Assembly (NCBI GenBank): GCA_021811625.1
Contig: JAJZNU010000008.1
Location: 331-64,330, forward strand
Source of the DNA: a bacterium
GTDB lineage: Bacteria > Patescibacteriota > Saccharimonadia > Saccharimonadales > UBA4665
Direction: 5' to 3'
DNA length: 64,000 nt
Part shown: piece by piece, positions 19,605 through 28,427 of the stretch
Position numbering within the stretch: position 1 is the stretch's first letter
Layout: each line of letters starts with the position of its first letter
Position numbers and translations under genes: made by a program
The notes under the pieces: model-generated
Databases searched by the model: none
What the model saw: the letters and a program-made list of their open reading frames with translations, nothing else
Told to the model about the DNA's origin: nothing

Positions 19605-21137
19605 ATGCAGTGGTTAAATACCATCGCCGACGAGCTGATCAAACTTCACCCGTCTGGCGACATTATCGTATCGTCAGGCGTATCGCCATCGGGTACTTAT
19701 CATTTGGGGACCTTAAGGGAAGTGCTGACGGCGGAGGTGATTGCCATAGAACTCCGGAGGCGGGGAAGAGTTGCCAGGCACCTACACATTGTTGACGATC
19801 TCGACGTATTTCGGAAGGTCCCGGCTAACGTCTCCGATGAGTACACTCATTATCTGGGCCGACCGCTCTGCGATATCCCGGCCCCGGACGGTAGCGGACG
19901 ATCATACGCCGACTACTTTCTAAGTGACTTATTGATAGCTATCGATAAAATGAAACTTAGTGTCGAAATAGTTCGGGCGAATGAGAAATATCGTCAGGGT
20001 TTTTTCGTTCCAGCTATTGAAAAGTCGCTGGAGAAAGTGCAAGACATCCGAAAAATTCTTGAAACCGTTTCTGGTCGTCAGCTTGATGATCAATGGTCGC
20101 CGGTTCAAGTTCTGGAGGATGGTTACTTAAAAAACCGAGAGTTCGTAAGTATCGATCTTCAGAATAAGACCATAGAATATATAGGTAAGGACGATCAACC
20201 CTCCACGGTCAGTTACGCTCACGGAGAAGTTAAACTGAACTGGCGGATCGACTGGCCGGCGAGGTGGTGGCTTCTTGGTGTCAATGCCGAACCGTTTGGG
20301 CGTGATCATGCCACCAAGGGAGGGTCATACGACACCGGCGAGATAATAGCACGAAAAGTTTTCGACGTCACACCGCCGTTGCCGATACCCTACAATTTTA
20401 TAAACCGTGTGGGTGAGACGAAGAAAATGAGTAAAAGCGCCGGTAATGTTATAACCGCCGCCGCTTTATTAGACATAATGCCGGTGGAGATAATATGGTT
20501 CTTTATCTTGAGATTTCCGCCAGATAAGCAATTGTTTTTTGGTGAAGGGGAGACACTTCTTCGCCTATTCGATGAATTTTCAGCGCTCCTCTCCAAGCCG
20601 GACAAGTCAGAGGGAGAGAAACAGTTGCTTGAGCTCTGTCTGAATAAGGTAGCGCAGCCAACAGTAAGTCAGGTGCCTTTCTCGCATCTCGTAGCCAGCT
20701 ATCAGGCGGCGCTTAAAGATCCGGTAAAAACGTTGGCGGTGATTGCTCGGACAGAATACTCAGCAGTGGTTGCCAATGAGCCCGCGACTATCACTGCAGA
20801 GCTCAAGTTCATTGATATGTGGCTAAAAACATGGGCTCCTGAGCAGATTAAGTTTGATTTAGCGCCATCCTTTGATGAAAAACAATTTAGTGATTCTGAG
20901 AAAGATTTTTTGCAGAAACTCGGAGACAAGATTGACGACGCACCAGCAGATGCCGATGGCGATTGGTTTCATCGAGCTATTTATGAATTTAAAGATCAAG
21001 GACAGACTAACCCAAAGGAAATGTTCTCAGCTCTTTACAGACTCCTTATCGGGCAGTCGTCTGGTCCTCGGGCAGGGTGGTTTTTGAGCATTCTACCTAG
21101 GGATTGGCTAGTAAACCGACTGCACTTTAAGGGATAA
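19605..21137 (+). CDS. lysK: Class I lysyl-tRNA synthetase (archaeal/spirochaete type)
   Basis: SGVSPSGTYHLGTLREV (HIGH-like), DVFRKVP and KKMSKSAGN (KMSKS). The length and order match class I LysRS, not the OB-fold class II enzyme. Confidence 0.88.
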   Translation: MQWLNTIADELIKLHPSGDIIVSSGVSPSGTYHLGTLREVLTAEVIAIELRRRGRVARHLHIVDDLDVFRKVPANVSDEYTHYLGRPLCDIPAPDGSGRSYADYFLSDLLIAIDKMKLSVEIVRANEKYRQGFFVPAIEKSLEKVQDIRKILETVSGRQLDDQWSPVQVLEDGYLKNREFVSIDLQNKTIEYIGKDDQPSTVSYAHGEVKLNWRIDWPARWWLLGVNAEPFGRDHATKGGSYDTGEIIARKVFDVTPPLPIPYNFINRVGETKKMSKSAGNVITAAALLDIMPVEIIWFFILRFPPDKQLFFGEGETLLRLFDEFSALLSKPDKSEGEKQLLELCLNKVAQPTVSQVPFSHLVASYQAALKDPVKTLAVIARTEYSAVVANEPATITAELKFIDMWLKTWAPEQIKFDLAPSFDEKQFSDSEKDFLQKLGDKIDDAPADADGDWFHRAIYEFKDQGQTNPKEMFSALYRLLIGQSSGPRAGWFLSILPRDWLVNRLHFKG

Positions 21138-21150
21138 AGAATAAAATAAG

Positions 21151-21603
21151 ATGAAAACAATCGTGCTGTGCTCCAGCGCCTCTTTTTACAAGCACCTCAA
21201 TGAGATTGCCGACGAGTTGGGAAAAATGGGATACAAAGCAGTAGTTCCTTTAAATGCCCGGCGTATGCGTCTTAGCGGCAATTATGACACGAAAATTTAC
21301 AAAACATGGTATGAAAACCCCGACGATTTTAGTCGTAAGGCGAGGTTTATCAGAGAACATTTCCGTAAGATTACATCCGGCGACATAATTTTAGTTATTA
21401 ACGATGAGAAGAATGGCATGGCTGGTTACATAGGTGCCAATGGCTTAATGGAAATGGGTCTAGCATTTCATTTACATAAGCCCATATATGTTCTTAATGA
21501 CGTTGATAAAAAATTGCCGTTTTACGAAGAAGTTTATGGTATGGGTTCGGTTATTTTACACGGTGACCTCGGCAAAATCGGTAGTCACAAGAAGATCAAC
21601 TGA
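21151..21603 (+). CDS. Nucleoside 2-deoxyribosyltransferase-like protein
   Basis: A Rossmann-like 150-aa protein (MKTIVLCSSASFY...). GANGLMEMGLAFHLHKPIYVL resembles the NDT motif carrying the nucleophilic Glu. Family assignment is by eye only. Confidence 0.5.
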   Translation: MKTIVLCSSASFYKHLNEIADELGKMGYKAVVPLNARRMRLSGNYDTKIYKTWYENPDDFSRKARFIREHFRKITSGDIILVINDEKNGMAGYIGANGLMEMGLAFHLHKPIYVLNDVDKKLPFYEEVYGMGSVILHGDLGKIGSHKKIN

Positions 21604-21624
21604 ACTATATGCTATAGTAAGGCG

Positions 21625-22431
21625 GTGGTAGTGGCTAATAAAAAAGTTGGAAAATCTGTTGATGCCTTTAAACTGCTTAACAGATGGAATTTTGCACTAG
21701 CGGGCCTCCATTTTATACAGGGGGTGCTTATCCTTGTGCTGAGCACTACGCGCACTTTCCCGGTGACAGTTAATTATCTGACGGCCGATCCGCTTCAAAC
21801 AAAAGCTGCCGGTCACACGGTGCTAGCCTTGGCCACTCGACACATTTTTGACATTAATTTAGCCTATTTGGTGGCAGCTACGTTCTTTTTGTCGGCAATT
21901 GCTCACATAGTTTCAGCTACGGTTTATAGGCCGGTTTATGAACAAAATCTCGACCATGGTATGAATAAACTAAGGTGGGTAGAATACAGTCTAAGCGCCA
22001 GTCTGATGATGCTATCAATCGGTCTGCTGGTAGGAGTGGGGGATTTTGCCACGCTACTGACCTTGTTCGGGCTGACGGCTATCATGAATTTGCTTGGATT
22101 AGCGATGGAGGTTTACAACCGTGGCAAGCAATCCGCGAACTGGTTAGCGTACTGGATAGGAGTTCTGGCGGGTGTTGTTCCGTGGGTGGTAATTGCGATT
22201 TATCTTGTTGCCGGCGGGATATACGGTAACCGAGCTCCGGGTTTCGTGTATGGAATTTTTGCTAGTTTGCTTATTTTATTCAGTAGTTTTGCGGTCAATA
22301 TGTACTTGCAATATCGTCGTGTCGGCAAGTGGAAAAACTATTTATACGGTGAACGGGTTTATATGCTATTAAGCCTCATTGCCAAAACGGCATTGGCATG
22401 GCAGATTTTTGCCGGTACCCTTCGCCCTTAA
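21625..22431 (+). CDS. Heliorhodopsin (7-TM retinal protein)
   Basis: It has seven hydrophobic helices. The signature blocks are LRWVEYSLSASLMM (Glu120 counterion) and PGFVYGIFASLLILFSSFAVNMYLQYRRVGKWKNYLYGERVYMLLSLIAKTALAWQIFAGTLRP (Lys254, AAA at 22384-22386). These are near-collinear with my recollection of heliorhodopsin 48C12: FRWVEYSLSSS... and PGFVYGII...YLQYKGKGKWSNYLRGERAYIVLSLVAKSALAWQIFSGTLIP. His29 (LHFIQ) and His94 (AHIVS) match the two conserved HeR histidines. Confidence 0.85.
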   Translation: MVVANKKVGKSVDAFKLLNRWNFALAGLHFIQGVLILVLSTTRTFPVTVNYLTADPLQTKAAGHTVLALATRHIFDINLAYLVAATFFLSAIAHIVSATVYRPVYEQNLDHGMNKLRWVEYSLSASLMMLSIGLLVGVGDFATLLTLFGLTAIMNLLGLAMEVYNRGKQSANWLAYWIGVLAGVVPWVVIAIYLVAGGIYGNRAPGFVYGIFASLLILFSSFAVNMYLQYRRVGKWKNYLYGERVYMLLSLIAKTALAWQIFAGTLRP

Positions 22432-22438
22432 AGAACTT

Positions 22439-23059
22439 ATGGCAAATGTAATCTTTGATTTTGATGGGACAATAGCCGACAGCATTAAGGCGTTTGTTGA
22501 AATACTCGGCAGTTTGATAAACCGACCAATTCCTGACGATACCGAAATCGATAGATTGCGCTCTCTGCCTCTGCTGTCGATCATGCGTGAGCTTAAAATA
22601 CCACTATGGAAGGTGCCTCGTCTTATCAAGAAAGCACGCAAATTATATCCAAAACATATTGAGGAGATTCAGCCGCATCAAGGTATGCCCCAAGTGGTTC
22701 GAGAACTACATTCCGCCGGGCATAGACTATGGATTATGAGTACCAATTCGCCGGTAAGCATCAAGCATTTTTTGTCAACCAATGGGATAGATAAATATTT
22801 CATCCAGATCTACGGTAACGTCGGTGTATTTTCTAAGTCTAGAGCGCTCAGGAAAGTGCTCAGGCAAAACAAACTAAACCCTGAAGACAGCTATTATATC
22901 GGTGATGAGGGTCGAGACATTGAAGCCTCGTACGATAACGGCGTAAAAAGTATTGCCGTCACCTGGGGTTTTGCGGGTACGAAGTTGCTCAGGGAATTAA
23001 AACCTTACGGCTTGGCCAGCGATAGTTCTGATATAACTAAAATAATCGATCAAGCATAA
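22439..23059 (+). CDS. HAD-superfamily phosphatase (phosphoglycolate-phosphatase-like)
   Basis: FDFDGTIADS (DxDGT), IMSTNS (motif II) and YYIGDEGRDIEA (motif IV). The start is at ATG 22439, 7 nt after the heliorhodopsin stop. Confidence 0.85.
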   Translation: MANVIFDFDGTIADSIKAFVEILGSLINRPIPDDTEIDRLRSLPLLSIMRELKIPLWKVPRLIKKARKLYPKHIEEIQPHQGMPQVVRELHSAGHRLWIMSTNSPVSIKHFLSTNGIDKYFIQIYGNVGVFSKSRALRKVLRQNKLNPEDSYYIGDEGRDIEASYDNGVKSIAVTWGFAGTKLLRELKPYGLASDSSDITKIIDQA

Positions 23060-23076
23060 CTGGTAAAATATTTAGA

Positions 23077-23880
23077 ATGGCAAATTATACAAATAATCGA
23101 AATGGACCATACCGTCCGGGTCAGAAGGAAACATTTAACATATCTCGCAGTAAAATCGAGCTCTATATGCAATGTCAACGGTGCTTTTGGTTAGACGCCA
23201 GGTTAAAAATCACTCGGCCCTCTGGCCCTCCGTTTAATATAAACAAGACCATCGACGAATTATTTAAAAAAGAATTCGATAAACATCGGGCCGCTGGGAC
23301 TCCGCATCCGTTAATGATCGACAACAAAATTGATGCTGTGCCGTTTGCGCACCAGGAACTAGATGACTGGCGGTATACCTTTACCGGGGTCTCGACGCTT
23401 CACAAGCCAACTAATTTTCATGTTTACGGCGCGATTGACGATGTCTGGATAAACAGTGCCGGCGAGCTTATTGTGGTGGATTACAAAGCCACTTCCAAAG
23501 CTAAGGAGGTGGATATCAGCTCAGACTGGCAGATAAGCTATAAGCGTCAAATGGAGGTCTACCAATGGCTGCTTAGGGAGAACGGGTTTTCAGTTAGTAA
23601 AACCGGTTACTTTGTGTATACCAATGCACGTCTCGACGTCGAAGAATTTGGTGATAAATTGGAATTCAAAACAAAATTAATACCCTACGACGGAGATGAC
23701 TCTTGGATAGAAGACACGCTCACAAATATGAAAAAATGCTTGGAGGGCGATATTCCGGCAGTTGGAACGGCGGCGATGGGCGGGGCTTGCGAGTTTTGCT
23801 CATACGCCAAGGCTCGAACTGAACTTACCCTAAAATCTTTAGGGGGCAAAGCAACTGCTAAGCGTCCAAAAACGATTTAG
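23077..23880 (+). CDS. PD-(D/E)XK nuclease superfamily protein with Cas4/AddB-like Cys pairs
   Basis: GAIDDVWINSAGELIVVDYKATSK (D...D/ExK core). An N-terminal CQRC and a C-terminal CEFC suggest an Fe-S or Zn cluster. Confidence 0.65.
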   Translation: MANYTNNRNGPYRPGQKETFNISRSKIELYMQCQRCFWLDARLKITRPSGPPFNINKTIDELFKKEFDKHRAAGTPHPLMIDNKIDAVPFAHQELDDWRYTFTGVSTLHKPTNFHVYGAIDDVWINSAGELIVVDYKATSKAKEVDISSDWQISYKRQMEVYQWLLRENGFSVSKTGYFVYTNARLDVEEFGDKLEFKTKLIPYDGDDSWIEDTLTNMKKCLEGDIPAVGTAAMGGACEFCSYAKARTELTLKSLGGKATAKRPKTI

Positions 23881-23949
23881 CCCAGTAAAACTGAACAGAT
23901 CGAAGTTTCTACCTTACGGCAAAAATCGTTATAATGGATAGTCAGAAAT

Positions 23950-25269
23950 ATGTTAGATATCCAATTCATACGAGACAACCCCGAACTTGTTGTTGAGAAA
24001 AGCCGTCAGAAAGGTTACGTAGTCGATATTGAGGAGTTATTGGCTCTTGACCGGGAGCTTCGGGAGAGGCTGCCGAAGCTCGATGAACTGTATCATCAGC
24101 GAAACGAGTGGGCTGCCAAGTTTAAGAGCCAAAAACCGACGAGCGAAGAAATAGAGGCGGGGAAGAAGTTAAAAGAGAACATTAAAGACGCTACCGAAAG
24201 ATATGGTCAGTACGAACGAAACATAGATACCGTTAAAAAACGTTTCGACCAGTTATTGAAATCCGTACCGAATATGCCCATAGACGATGTACCGGTCGGT
24301 ACGAGTGAAGAGCAGAATGTTGTAGCCAAGACGGTCGGCGAGCCCAAAAAATTTGATTTCGGTCCCAAGAACCACTGGGAACTAACAGTAGCCGAAGCGC
24401 TCATCGACAAGCAAAGAGCGGCAAAAGTTGCCGGCAGTCGATTTACGTATTTGAAGGGCGACCTGGTGTTGATGCAATTTGCCCTTGTCCAATTTGCCCT
24501 GCAAACCTTAACAGATACTGTGGTAGTAGAGAAGCTCATAAAGGACAATCAACTAAATCTTGTCCCTAAACCATTTACTCCTGTTCTCCCGCCTGCTCTG
24601 GTCAACACCAAAGCCTATATGGCGACCACGCGGTTGGATGCCGAAAACGTCACCTACAAACTGGCCGACGATGAGCTTTGGCTAAACGCCAGCGCTGAAC
24701 ATAGCCTCTGCAATATGTATATGGATGAAATCGTTTCGGAGTCTGAATTGCCGATTCGTTACTTGGGATATGCCACGTCATTCCGTCGTGAAGCCGGCAC
24801 GTATGGCAAAGATACCGAGGGAACCATTCGTATGCACCAGTTTGATAAGCTGGAAATGGAGGTATTCAGTACACCGGAAACTGGACTTGAAGAGCATAAA
24901 TTATTAATTGCCGTTCAAGAGCATTTAATGGAGAGCTTGGGGCTGCCATACCAGGTGCTGCAAAAGTGTACAGCCGACATTGGTAAACCCAATGCCCGAG
25001 GGGTAGATATCGAGGTCTATTTCCCGGGGCAAAGTAAGTACCGCGAAACCCACACTGCCGATTATATGACTGATTATCAGGCGCGATCGTTACAAACTCG
25101 ACTGCGTAGGACGGATAACCGCGTTGAGCTGGTCCATACCAATGATGCTACAGCCTTAGCTTTTCCGCGTTTAATTGCCGCAATACTCGAGAATTACCAG
25201 ACGAAAGACGGGCATGTTGTTATTCCGGAAGCATTAAGACCGTTTATGGCGGGTCGTAGCATAATTTAA
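23950..25269 (+). CDS. serS: Seryl-tRNA synthetase
   Basis: N-terminal coiled-coil arm and class II motifs (FRREAGTYGKDTEGTIRMHQFDKLEM; TNDATALAFPRLIAAILENYQ). Confidence 0.95.
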   Translation: MLDIQFIRDNPELVVEKSRQKGYVVDIEELLALDRELRERLPKLDELYHQRNEWAAKFKSQKPTSEEIEAGKKLKENIKDATERYGQYERNIDTVKKRFDQLLKSVPNMPIDDVPVGTSEEQNVVAKTVGEPKKFDFGPKNHWELTVAEALIDKQRAAKVAGSRFTYLKGDLVLMQFALVQFALQTLTDTVVVEKLIKDNQLNLVPKPFTPVLPPALVNTKAYMATTRLDAENVTYKLADDELWLNASAEHSLCNMYMDEIVSESELPIRYLGYATSFRREAGTYGKDTEGTIRMHQFDKLEMEVFSTPETGLEEHKLLIAVQEHLMESLGLPYQVLQKCTADIGKPNARGVDIEVYFPGQSKYRETHTADYMTDYQARSLQTRLRRTDNRVELVHTNDATALAFPRLIAAILENYQTKDGHVVIPEALRPFMAGRSII

Positions 25270-25318
25270 GTACGCGAGCTACGTTTAGTTAGCTAGGCGA
25301 AGTTAACAAGGAGGGAAT

Positions 25319-25693
25319 ATGATTAAGCGACTGGAGTTAACCTGGCTGCACGAGTCAAGCGAGAAATCTATAGAAAAATATGTGCAAGCAAAAATAGGCC
25401 AGCTCGATCGTTATGTACCTCGGCGAGACCGACAAGCCGTTCACGCCAAAGTCACACTTAAGAAGTCTAAGGCCCAAGACAAACGTCAATACGGCTGCGA
25501 GGTTATCCTCACTCTGCCGCGCGGTAGAGTATTGAAAGTGGACGAAGCTTCACTTAATACCTATGCCGCGATAGATATATCCGAGGCCAAATTAAAGCAC
25601 CAGTTATTAAAGTACAAAGAACTATACGGTACCCCGAAATTCCATCGTAGAGTCCTTGCGAGATTTAGACGGTCTCCGGTTGACGGCAAATAG
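25319..25693 (+). CDS. hpf: Ribosome hibernation factor (short HPF/RaiA, S30AE family)
   Basis: SD AAGGAGGG. The beta-alpha-beta-beta-beta-alpha pattern carries IEKYVQAKIGQLDRY...EVILTLPRG...DEASLNTYAAIDISEAKLKHQLLKYKE. Confidence 0.78.
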   Translation: MIKRLELTWLHESSEKSIEKYVQAKIGQLDRYVPRRDRQAVHAKVTLKKSKAQDKRQYGCEVILTLPRGRVLKVDEASLNTYAAIDISEAKLKHQLLKYKELYGTPKFHRRVLARFRRSPVDGK

Positions 25694-25773
25694 CGTTAAA
25701 CTGTTTAAATTTAGCTCTGTAACTAGTACAATTACTAGGATAGATTCTAAGATGAAGGAGACTGTTAACTTTC

Positions 25774-28386
25774 GTGGCTAAGTTTAATTTTAAGAAAATG
25801 CTGGGTGACCCCCAAGCTAAGACATTAAAGCGCATCCGCAAACAGGTTAAAGTTATTAATGATCTGGCGGACAAGTATAAGAAAATGTCCGACAACAAAC
25901 TTCGTGAGCAAAGCGAAGTCTTGAGGAAGCGTCTAGGTGATGAATCAGTCGACAAGATTCTACCCGATACCTTTGCTTTGGTTAGAGAGGCGGCGACCCG
26001 TACTCTAAAACAAAGGCACTACGATGTTCAGCTAATAGGAGGAATCGTTCTTCACGAAGGCAGAGTGGCAGAGATGAAAACAGGAGAGGGGAAAACTCTG
26101 GTGGCTACTCTACCGGTCGTGCTAAACGCTTTAAGCGGTAAAGGGGTTCATGTTGTAACGGTTAACGAATACCTTGCTCAGAGAGATGCCGGGTGGATGG
26201 GGCAAGTATACGATTTTCTTGGCCTGAGCGTCGGTGTAATAATCACAGAAAAATCATTTATTTACGACAAGGAGTTTGTTAATAAGAACCACAGCGATGT
26301 CCGTTTCCAGCATCTCAAACCGTGCACGCGCCAAGAAGCTTATGCTGCCGATATCACATATGGTATAAATAACGAATTCGGTTTCGATTACCTGCGCGAC
26401 AATATGGTACGAGAAATGGATCAGCTCCGTCAGCGTAAATTACACTACGCCATTGTCGACGAAGTGGACTCAATTTTGATTGACGAGGCTCGTACGCCAC
26501 TGATTATTTCGGCTCCGTCAGTTACTACCGGCAATGCTTATGCCCAGTTCGCGAAGGTGGTACGACAATTAACTCCCGAACATTACGAGACTGATGAGAA
26601 GCGAAAAACTGTTGTATTAACTGACGAAGGCGTGGAGAAAATTGAGAAAATACTGGGAATCAGCAATCTGTATGCAACCGAAAATATCCGTACAATATAT
26701 CACCTAGAGCAAGCGCTGAGAGCTCAGACACTTTTCCATCGCGATAAAGAGTATGTGGTAACCAAAGAAGGTGAAATAATTATCGTAGATGAGTTCACTG
26801 GGCGTCTGCTGCCGGGACGAAGGTATAATGAGGGGCTTCACCAGGCCATCGAAGCCAAGGAGAACGTTGAAGTCCAGCAAGAGTCTATGACTCTGGCCAC
26901 TATTTCCTTCCAGAATTACTTTAGGCTATACGAGAAATTAGCCGGGATGACCGGTACGGCCGTAACCGAAGCCGAAGAATTTCATCAAATATACAAGCTT
27001 GACGTGGTCGAGATTCCTCCCAACCGCCACATAGTTCGTACTGATCGCAGTGATCGGATATACAAAACTGAAGCCGGTAAATTCCGGGCGATCGTCAGGG
27101 AAGTCAACTTGCTTCATACCAAAGGTCAGCCGGTACTACTAGGAACGGTCTCTATCGAGAAGAATGAATTACTCAGTAAATTATTAACGAATGCAGGTAT
27201 ACCTCACAAAGTTCTCAACGCTAAAAACAATGAAGGTGAGGCAACCATCGTCGCCAAAGCTGGTGAGAAGGGGGCGGTTACTCTGGCGACCAATATTGCT
27301 GGAAGAGGTACGGATATAGTATTAGGCGAAGGTGTTACTGATCTTGGCGGGTTATTTGTCTTAGGAAGCGAGCGTCACGAGTCGCGTCGTATCGACAACC
27401 AGCTACGTGGAAGAGCCGGTAGACAGGGTGATCCAGGTACAACCCAATTCTTTGTTAGTACCGAAGACGATTTGATGCGGGTGTTTGGCGGGGAGAGAAT
27501 AGCTTCGTTGATGGACCGGCTGAAAGTTGACGAAGATACTCCGATTGAAAATCGCCTGATTTCTAAATCGATCGAAGGAGCCCAGAAGAAAGTCGAAGGT
27601 TTCCATTTTGATCAACGAAAAAGTGTCGTCCAGTACGACGACGTAATGAATCGACACCGCAAAGCCACCTATACGATGCGACGTGAGATTTTAGAAGCGG
27701 TTGATATCAAGAAAAGGGTAGTTATTTTCATCGAAGAAGAGGCTAAAGCGCTGGCGGCCTCGCCTCAACTCACATCTGACGAGTTCGAGGATATACTAAA
27801 GGCGACTTTCCCCTTCGACGAGCAAACACTTGACCGGTTGTTTGATACGGAATCGGATAAATTCGAAGCAGTTCTGCTCACCGAAGCCAAGGAATATTAT
27901 GATGCCCGGGAGGCCGCCTTTACCCCTGAAATCATGCGCAAGGTCGAGAGAGACGTATATCTTCAGATACTTGATGAGCTCTGGATGCAGCACCTTGAGA
28001 ACATGGAGCATCTGAGAAATGGTATACACTGGATGAGTGTCGGACAGCGCGACCCACTAGTCGAGTATCGTCGACAAGGTCAACTGCTATTCGAGGAGAT
28101 GCAAGAAACTTTAAGGCACAGTGTGGTCCGGGCTCTACTTAGTGCCGAACCAGTGCCTGCCGAGGATCTGGAGCGTCCCGTTGAAACTGAGCTCACGCGG
28201 GCTGCGCGGCAATCAATCAGCAATGCCGGTCAGATCGTGGACGAAGAGAAGGAGTTTGAAGAAACCGACTTCAAGGCTTCAATTCCGTCGGCGGATAACA
28301 TCGTTAAAAAACAAACTGACCATAACCGCAAAAAGGCTCATAAAGCTGAGCGTCAGCGAAAAGCTAAGGCACGAAAACGTCGGTAG
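25774..28386 (+). CDS. secA: Preprotein translocase ATPase SecA
   Basis: MKTGEGKTLVATLP (Walker A), DEVDSILIDEARTPLIIS, TNIAGRGTDI and ESRRIDNQLRGRAGRQGDPG. It is 870 aa and has no C-terminal zinc finger. Confidence 0.97.
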   Translation: MAKFNFKKMLGDPQAKTLKRIRKQVKVINDLADKYKKMSDNKLREQSEVLRKRLGDESVDKILPDTFALVREAATRTLKQRHYDVQLIGGIVLHEGRVAEMKTGEGKTLVATLPVVLNALSGKGVHVVTVNEYLAQRDAGWMGQVYDFLGLSVGVIITEKSFIYDKEFVNKNHSDVRFQHLKPCTRQEAYAADITYGINNEFGFDYLRDNMVREMDQLRQRKLHYAIVDEVDSILIDEARTPLIISAPSVTTGNAYAQFAKVVRQLTPEHYETDEKRKTVVLTDEGVEKIEKILGISNLYATENIRTIYHLEQALRAQTLFHRDKEYVVTKEGEIIIVDEFTGRLLPGRRYNEGLHQAIEAKENVEVQQESMTLATISFQNYFRLYEKLAGMTGTAVTEAEEFHQIYKLDVVEIPPNRHIVRTDRSDRIYKTEAGKFRAIVREVNLLHTKGQPVLLGTVSIEKNELLSKLLTNAGIPHKVLNAKNNEGEATIVAKAGEKGAVTLATNIAGRGTDIVLGEGVTDLGGLFVLGSERHESRRIDNQLRGRAGRQGDPGTTQFFVSTEDDLMRVFGGERIASLMDRLKVDEDTPIENRLISKSIEGAQKKVEGFHFDQRKSVVQYDDVMNRHRKATYTMRREILEAVDIKKRVVIFIEEEAKALAASPQLTSDEFEDILKATFPFDEQTLDRLFDTESDKFEAVLLTEAKEYYDAREAAFTPEIMRKVERDVYLQILDELWMQHLENMEHLRNGIHWMSVGQRDPLVEYRRQGQLLFEEMQETLRHSVVRALLSAEPVPAEDLERPVETELTRAARQSISNAGQIVDEEKEFEETDFKASIPSADNIVKKQTDHNRKKAHKAERQRKAKARKRR

Positions 28387-28427
28387 ATAAATTTATAGGG
28401 GTGTGGAGAAAGTTCCAAAATAGCTAA

